Shown here in pieces: positions 27,541 to 32,000 of a stretch of 32,000 bases of DNA; position 1 is the stretch's first letter, and each line of letters opens with the position of its first letter. Origin of the DNA: Nitrosomonas europaea (GTDB taxonomy: Bacteria; Pseudomonadota; Gammaproteobacteria; Burkholderiales; Nitrosomonadaceae); NCBI RefSeq assembly GCF_900167395.1, contig NZ_FUWK01000002.1, forward strand, positions 1 through 32,000. Direction: 5' to 3'. The notes beneath the pieces are model-generated. The model worked only from the letters and a program-made list of their open reading frames with translations, was not told the origin of the DNA and ran no database searches. Made by a program: the position numbers and the translations under genes.

Positions 27541-28536
27541 TTATGCCCTGTGCGTGCGATACCACAAGGTTGAATTGAATATCACCGCTCCCAGCATATT
27601 GCCTATCGTGACGGGAATCTGATTCCACAACCACCACTGGGAAATCGTCACATCTGCACCCGACAGAATGCCAATCGGGAAGACAAACATATTAACCACC
27701 GCGTGCTCAAAACCAAGTGAGAAGAAGGTCGCAAGCGGTAACCACATTAACATGATCTTACCAGGCACACTGCGCGATCCTTTGGCAAAAACCGGAGCAA
27801 GACTCACCAGCCAGTTACACAGTATTCCCATACCAATGGCTGCAAACCAGCCGTTCACCCCATACCCTGCATAGGAAGCCTTTTTTTCTGCAAGATGCGC
27901 CAGTGTAGTGAGAACCCCTGGAGGTTCGACTGCTCCTCCTTTGGTCAGTGAGAACCAAAGCAGGTACGCAAAGAAAACACCACCAATCAGATTGGCGACA
28001 AACGTCCAGGACCAGTTGCGTATCACACTCCCCAATCCAAATCTGCCGGCAAAGAGTCCCATCGGCATCACTGAAAAACTACCTGTCGCCATCTCCAGAC
28101 CCAATATCGACAACATCACGTAGCCTGCCGGGAAAAGCAGGCCGGCTGCTGCCGTTGGCCAGCCTTGTGAAACCAGCAACGCGCACAATGCCGTGGCATA
28201 GGCCAGAAAAGGAGTGCATAAGAACCCCCTTATCAGAATCTGGCCAACTTTGAATTTTTTCTTTTTCGTTGCGTCTTCGACAAGATCATGTCCCATCTGT
28301 ATAGGTGAGACACTGTCAATGACTGCAGTTGGCTCATTGCTCACTTTGACCGGAGCACTGGCTACAGAACCACCCGTTGACATAGTCTCTGCAGCAATGC
28401 TGGATTGGATGACCCGTTCATTCAGAATGATCGATGGTTGTTCAGATTCTTTCATATTTTTGAGATGAGTTAATTGAGGGAATTGATGATGGTCAAGTCG
28501 TGCACAAAAACTGCACGGCGGGCGGAATTTTGCCAT
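27541..28536 (-). CDS. Formate/nitrite transporter (FNT) family channel (FocA/NirC-like)
   Basis: The core runs from KKKKFKVGQILIRGFLCTPFLAYATAL through FFSLGFEHAVVNMF (the FNT signature with central His) to IGNMLGAVIF. The start is ambiguous. The maximal ORF gives an approximately 80-aa N-terminal extension; ATGs at 28455, 28383 and 28296 are alternatives, and none has a clear SD. Confidence 0.85.
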   Translation of the reverse strand: MAKFRPPCSFCARLDHHQFPQLTHLKNMKESEQPSIILNERVIQSSIAAETMSTGGSVASAPVKVSNEPTAVIDSVSPIQMGHDLVEDATKKKKFKVGQILIRGFLCTPFLAYATALCALLVSQGWPTAAAGLLFPAGYVMLSILGLEMATGSFSVMPMGLFAGRFGLGSVIRNWSWTFVANLIGGVFFAYLLWFSLTKGGAVEPPGVLTTLAHLAEKKASYAGYGVNGWFAAIGMGILCNWLVSLAPVFAKGSRSVPGKIMLMWLPLATFFSLGFEHAVVNMFVFPIGILSGADVTISQWWLWNQIPVTIGNMLGAVIFNSTLWYRTHRA

Positions 28537-28619
28537 ATCCCGGAAGGGCCGGCAAGAAAATAGTTCTGCTTATTTAGCAGGTTACGATCATTTACAACGA
28601 TGCTCACCAGGGTATCGAT

Positions 28620-29627
28620 TCATACATACCCTGCCGGATTGTTCTTCTGCCAGCGCCAGTGGTCCCTGCACATCACAGCAAGATCGCGTTGTGCTTTCCA
28701 CCTCAGCAGCTTCTCAGCAAGTGCAGGGTTTGCGTAGCAGGCAGCTACATCACCGGATCGTCTGGATGCAAGCCGATAATCTATCTGCCGGCTGCTGGCC
28801 TCCTCAAAGGCCTTGATCACGTCCAGAACACTGTAGCCAATGCCTGTACCCAGATTGATTGCCATACATTGCGGCACGGTAAGGTAATCCAGTGCACCGA
28901 GATGCCCCAGCGCAAGATCCACGACGTGAATATAATCTCGCACACCGGTTCCATCATGCGTCGGGTAATCACTCCCCCATACATTCAGATATTCACGCCG
29001 CCCCACGGCAACCTGCGCAACGAAAGGCATCAGATTATTGGGGATACCCTGCGGATCTTCACCAATCAGGCCGCTATCATGCGCCCCGACAGGATTGAAA
29101 TAACGCAGAATGGCGATACGAAATCGAGGATCAGCCCGATACACATCGCGCAACATTTCCTCGATGATAAGCTTGCTGCGGCCATACGGATTGGTAGCGG
29201 ACAACGGATGATCTTCCGTCAGAGGCAGACGCTGCGGCTCACCGTAAACCGTCGCCGAGGAACTGAAAACCAGTGTATAGACACCACAATTTTGCATTGC
29301 TGCCAGCAGCCGGTGAGTACCGATGACGTTATTGTCATAGTATTCGAGCGGCTTTTCGACCGATTCTCCTACCGCCTTGAGCCCGGCAAAGTGAATCACA
29401 GCCTCACATCCGTAATCTTTCAACGCTTTTTCTATCGCAACCTGATTACGTATATCGCCTGTGACGATAGTGATTTTCTTACTGGTGATCTGTTCGATAC
29501 GGCGCAATGCCTCTGGATGACTGTTACAGAAATTATCGAATATCACTACTTCATACCCGGCCGTCAATAATTCGACACAGGTATGAGAACCAATGTAACC
29601 GGCACCGCCGGTAACGAGAACGTTCAT
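28620..29627 (-). CDS. galE: UDP-glucose 4-epimerase
   Basis: 335 aa, collinear with E. coli GalE: VLVTGGAGYIGSHTCVELL, HFAGLKAVGESVEKPLEYYDNNV, SSSATVYG, YGRSKL, LRYFNPVGAH, GEDPQGIPNNLMPFVAQVAVGRR, DGTGVRDYIHVVDLA. Confidence 0.95.
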   Translation of the reverse strand: MNVLVTGGAGYIGSHTCVELLTAGYEVVIFDNFCNSHPEALRRIEQITSKKITIVTGDIRNQVAIEKALKDYGCEAVIHFAGLKAVGESVEKPLEYYDNNVIGTHRLLAAMQNCGVYTLVFSSSATVYGEPQRLPLTEDHPLSATNPYGRSKLIIEEMLRDVYRADPRFRIAILRYFNPVGAHDSGLIGEDPQGIPNNLMPFVAQVAVGRREYLNVWGSDYPTHDGTGVRDYIHVVDLALGHLGALDYLTVPQCMAINLGTGIGYSVLDVIKAFEEASSRQIDYRLASRRSGDVAACYANPALAEKLLRWKAQRDLAVMCRDHWRWQKNNPAGYV

Positions 29628-29696
29628 ATCAATCTCTCACTTTCAGATCAGATTCGGCAGACAACTGCGCCTGCTGCACCGGAAAAATAAATCGCA

Positions 29697-30242
29697 TCAG
29701 GCGAATACTTCCGCCTCGCTGAATGGCTTGCCCTGAGTATCTTTGGCTGAAAGAACAGGCGCAATCCCAAGTGGCCACTGGATATTGAGCACTGGATCAT
29801 TCCAGAGCAGACAACGCTCATGGGCAGGCGCATAGTAATCCGTCGTCTTATAAAGAAACTCTGCGGTATCACTCAGTACGACAAAGCCATGGGCGAATCC
29901 TTCAGGTATCCAGAGCTGATGTTTGTTTTCTGCAGAAAGAACCTGGCCCACCCATCGGCCAAAGGTCGGGCTGCTTTTGCGCAAATCGACTGCCACGTCG
30001 AAAACTTCACCCTGCACCACCCGCACCAGTTTTCCCTGCGGTTGCTGTATCTGGTAGTGAAGACCGCGCAGGACATTCTTCACGCTGCGACTGTGATTAT
30101 CCTGCACAAAATTGATTTCCCTGCCGACAGTTTCTTCAAACCGGGCCTGGTTGAAACTTTCAAAAAAGAAGCCGCGTTCATCACCAAATACTTTGGGTTC
30201 GATGAGTACGACTTCCGGAATAGCAAAAGGAGTTACTTTCAT
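29697..30242 (-). CDS. rfbC: dTDP-4-dehydrorhamnose 3,5-epimerase
   Basis: 181 aa with FGDERGFFFESF, RGLHYQ and the P.G.AHGF pattern typical of RmlC. Confidence 0.95.
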   Translation of the reverse strand: MKVTPFAIPEVVLIEPKVFGDERGFFFESFNQARFEETVGREINFVQDNHSRSVKNVLRGLHYQIQQPQGKLVRVVQGEVFDVAVDLRKSSPTFGRWVGQVLSAENKHQLWIPEGFAHGFVVLSDTAEFLYKTTDYYAPAHERCLLWNDPVLNIQWPLGIAPVLSAKDTQGKPFSEAEVFA

Positions 30243-31123
30243 CAGAACACATTTTCCCTGAGTATTTTCAGCAGATACTGACCATAACCATTTTTAGCCA
30301 GTAATTGGGCCAGCATTTCCAGCCGGGCTGCATCTATCCATCCTTGCCGGTAGGCAATTTCTTCCGGACAGGCAACTTTCAGACCCTGCCGGTTTTCCAG
30401 GGTAGCGATGAACTGACTGGCATCGAGCAGGGTTGCATGCGTACCGGTATCCAGCCAGGCGTAGCCGCGCCCCATGATTTCCACGCTGAGGTTGCCCTGT
30501 TCGAGATAAAGACGGTTGAGATCGGTGATTTCCAGTTCGCCGCGTGCTGAAGGTTTGAGCGCTTTGGCATGATCGACGACCTGCGTATCATAAAAATACA
30601 GCCCGGTCACCGCATAACTGGATCTTGGTTGTATCGGTTTTTCTTCCAGTGACAATACCTTGCCCTGTGCATTGAACTCGACTACACCATAACGTTCCGG
30701 ATCATGCACATGATAAGCGAATACGCTGGCTCCTTCGGTGCGCATCATGGCATGAGTCAGCAGACGCTGGAGATCATGGCCGTAGAAAATGTTATCTCCC
30801 AGCACCAGTGCAGAAGGATGGTTACCAATGAAATCCTCGCCAATCAGAAAAGCCTGTGCGAGGCCGTCGGGTGAAGGTTGCACGGCATATTGCAGATTCA
30901 GCCCCCATTGTTCTCCGTCACCCAGCAGTTGCTGAAAACGAGGGGTGTCCTGCGGCGTGCTGATAATGAGAATATCGCGTATGCCTGCCAGCATCAGGGT
31001 GCTGAGCGGATAATAAATCATGGGTTTGTCGAATACCGGCAACAACTGCTTGCTCAGTGCAAGCGTCGCCGGATGCAGCCGGGTACCGGACCCTCCCGCA
31101 AGGATGAGGCCTCTGCGTGTCAT
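30242..31123 (-). CDS. rfbA: Glucose-1-phosphate thymidylyltransferase
   Basis: From ATG 31123 (AAGGA upstream) the product is [41 protein letters not shown]..., the canonical RmlA N-terminus and length (293 aa). The ORF-track start 31201 adds 26 non-homologous residues. Confidence 0.95.
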   Translation of the reverse strand: MTRRGLILAGGSGTRLHPATLALSKQLLPVFDKPMIYYPLSTLMLAGIRDILIISTPQDTPRFQQLLGDGEQWGLNLQYAVQPSPDGLAQAFLIGEDFIGNHPSALVLGDNIFYGHDLQRLLTHAMMRTEGASVFAYHVHDPERYGVVEFNAQGKVLSLEEKPIQPRSSYAVTGLYFYDTQVVDHAKALKPSARGELEITDLNRLYLEQGNLSVEIMGRGYAWLDTGTHATLLDASQFIATLENRQGLKVACPEEIAYRQGWIDAARLEMLAQLLAKNGYGQYLLKILRENVF

Positions 31124-31408
31124 GTATTTATTCCTTGAATATTTTTCGGATACGTAATCCAGGATATTCCTGCTGATGAAATAACGGTACTCAGCCAGCA
31201 AAACCGGAAGAACCTGGAAATATACGGATTCTTGCAGATAGGATCAATTCACGAAAGGCTGGCTGCTATACTACGACTGCTTGCTGCCAGCACACGGATT
31301 CAGATAAATTGACAGATCCAAAGCCAGCCGAATCACCGGACAGTCTACCTGTTTTACCGGGATCGCTTAACGGCAGATAAAACCCATTTTCTCGGTAATA
31401 CTGTTCAC

Positions 31409-32000
31409 ATGACAACGATCGGTTTCATCGGCCTGGGTATCATGGGAAAACCCATGGCCGGCCATCTCATCCGGGGAGGATACCCGGTTTATCTCAACTC
31501 ACGCAGTGGCATACCTGCTGAGCTGACAGTGCCGGGTGGGCTGGCCTGCCCCACCCCCAGGGCTGTGGCTGAACAAGCGGATATCATCATCCTGATGTTG
31601 CCGGATACACCTGATGTTGAAAAGGTGCTGTTTGCCGAAAACGGAGTGGCACAAGGGCTGTCTGCGAACCCGCCTCGGTCGAAAATCATCATCGACATGA
31701 GCACGATTTCCCCGATCAGAACCCGGGATTTCGTTACACGAATCAGGCAGCTCGGCCACGAGTACGCGGATGCCCCGGTATCAGGTGGAGATATTGGTGC
31801 ACAGAATGCCACCCTCACGATCATGGTCGGGGCAACCGAGGCAGTTTTTGCGGAAATCGAGCCGATACTGGCGTTGATGGGCAAAACTGTCACGCGAATC
31901 GGTGATCCGGGCACTGGCCAGGTCTGCAAGGCGGCCAACCAGATCATCGCGGCCCTGACACTTGAGGCTGTGGCTGAAGCCCTGGTATTAGCTTCCAGAG
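31409..32000 (+). CDS. 3-hydroxyisobutyrate dehydrogenase-family NAD(P) oxidoreductase (2-hydroxy-3-oxopropionate reductase-like); 3' end outside the window
   Basis: The frame is open from ATG 31409 to the window end: MTTIGFIGLGIMGKPMAGHLIRGGYPVYLNSRS...IIIDMSTISP...DAPVSGGDIGAQNATLTIMVGA...GDPGTGQVCKAANQII. It has the Rossmann GxGxMG motif and the catalytic-Lys block of the HIBADH family. It is not in the ORF track because no stop codon lies in the window. Confidence 0.8.
   Translation, partial: MTTIGFIGLGIMGKPMAGHLIRGGYPVYLNSRSGIPAELTVPGGLACPTPRAVAEQADIIILMLPDTPDVEKVLFAENGVAQGLSANPPRSKIIIDMSTISPIRTRDFVTRIRQLGHEYADAPVSGGDIGAQNATLTIMVGATEAVFAEIEPILALMGKTVTRIGDPGTGQVCKAANQIIAALTLEAVAEALVLASR

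Noticed and set aside
28575-28600. Small hairpin CTGCT-aaata-AGCAG downstream of galE as a terminator
   Set aside because: The stem is only 5 bp with a weak T-rich tail, which is insufficient to call.
28659-29570. A 303-aa ORF on the plus strand, the longest unexplained ORF in the track
   Set aside because: It lies entirely antisense to galE, whose product is collinear with E. coli GalE over its full length. The antisense translation has no recognisable motifs and is Arg/His/Ile-rich, as expected of a shadow frame. I see no RBS or promoter.
1-32000. A visual scan for tRNA, rRNA, CRISPR arrays, long tandem or dispersed repeats and riboswitch-like leaders
   Set aside because: I recognised none. 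The intergenic regions are short and the three strong hairpins (4277, 26230, 27499) are unrelated in sequence. This scan was by eye only, so tRNAscan, Infernal and a repeat finder should be run to confirm.

Overview
This looks like a betaproteobacterial chromosome segment. The gene content and the norSY-senC-orf1-type cluster suggest a Nitrosomonas-like ammonia oxidiser, but that is inference only. The window has four parts. (1) 1-5.1 kb is an accessory patch. It holds the 3' end of an IS3-family transposase, which directly abuts four translationally coupled type II secretion (T2SS)-like genes: GspM/PilO-like, GspC/N/PilP-like, a lipoprotein GspD-type secretin and a GspK-like minor pseudopilin. 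A strong hairpin and an AT-rich Phd/YefM-ParE/RelE toxin-antitoxin pair follow. (2) 5.2-23.9 kb is an uninterrupted minus-strand housekeeping block: ilvA, metZ, purF, cvpA, a SPOR/DedD-like gene, folC, accD, trpA, trpB, trpF, truA, fimV, asd, leuB, leuD, a 42-codon entericidin-type lipoprotein gene absent from the ORF track, and leuC. (3) 24.1-27.5 kb on the plus strand is a heme-copper oxidase-like cluster: a CuA subunit II-like gene, a subunit I-like gene with Asn at the cross-linked-Tyr position, an SCO1/SenC copper chaperone and a CtaG-like membrane protein. This matches the putative sNOR nitric-oxide reductase cluster described in ammonia oxidisers. It is convergent with a formate/nitrite transporter (FNT) gene. 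(4) 28.6-32 kb holds galE, rfbC and rfbA on the minus strand and a partial 3-hydroxyisobutyrate-dehydrogenase-family reductase on the plus strand. I saw no rRNA, tRNA or CRISPR array. The parts most worth a second look are the IS-abutted, oddly ordered orphan T2SS-like module and the sNOR-type cluster with its regulatory structures and neighbouring FNT channel. All homology calls come from reading the translations by eye and have not been checked by database search.
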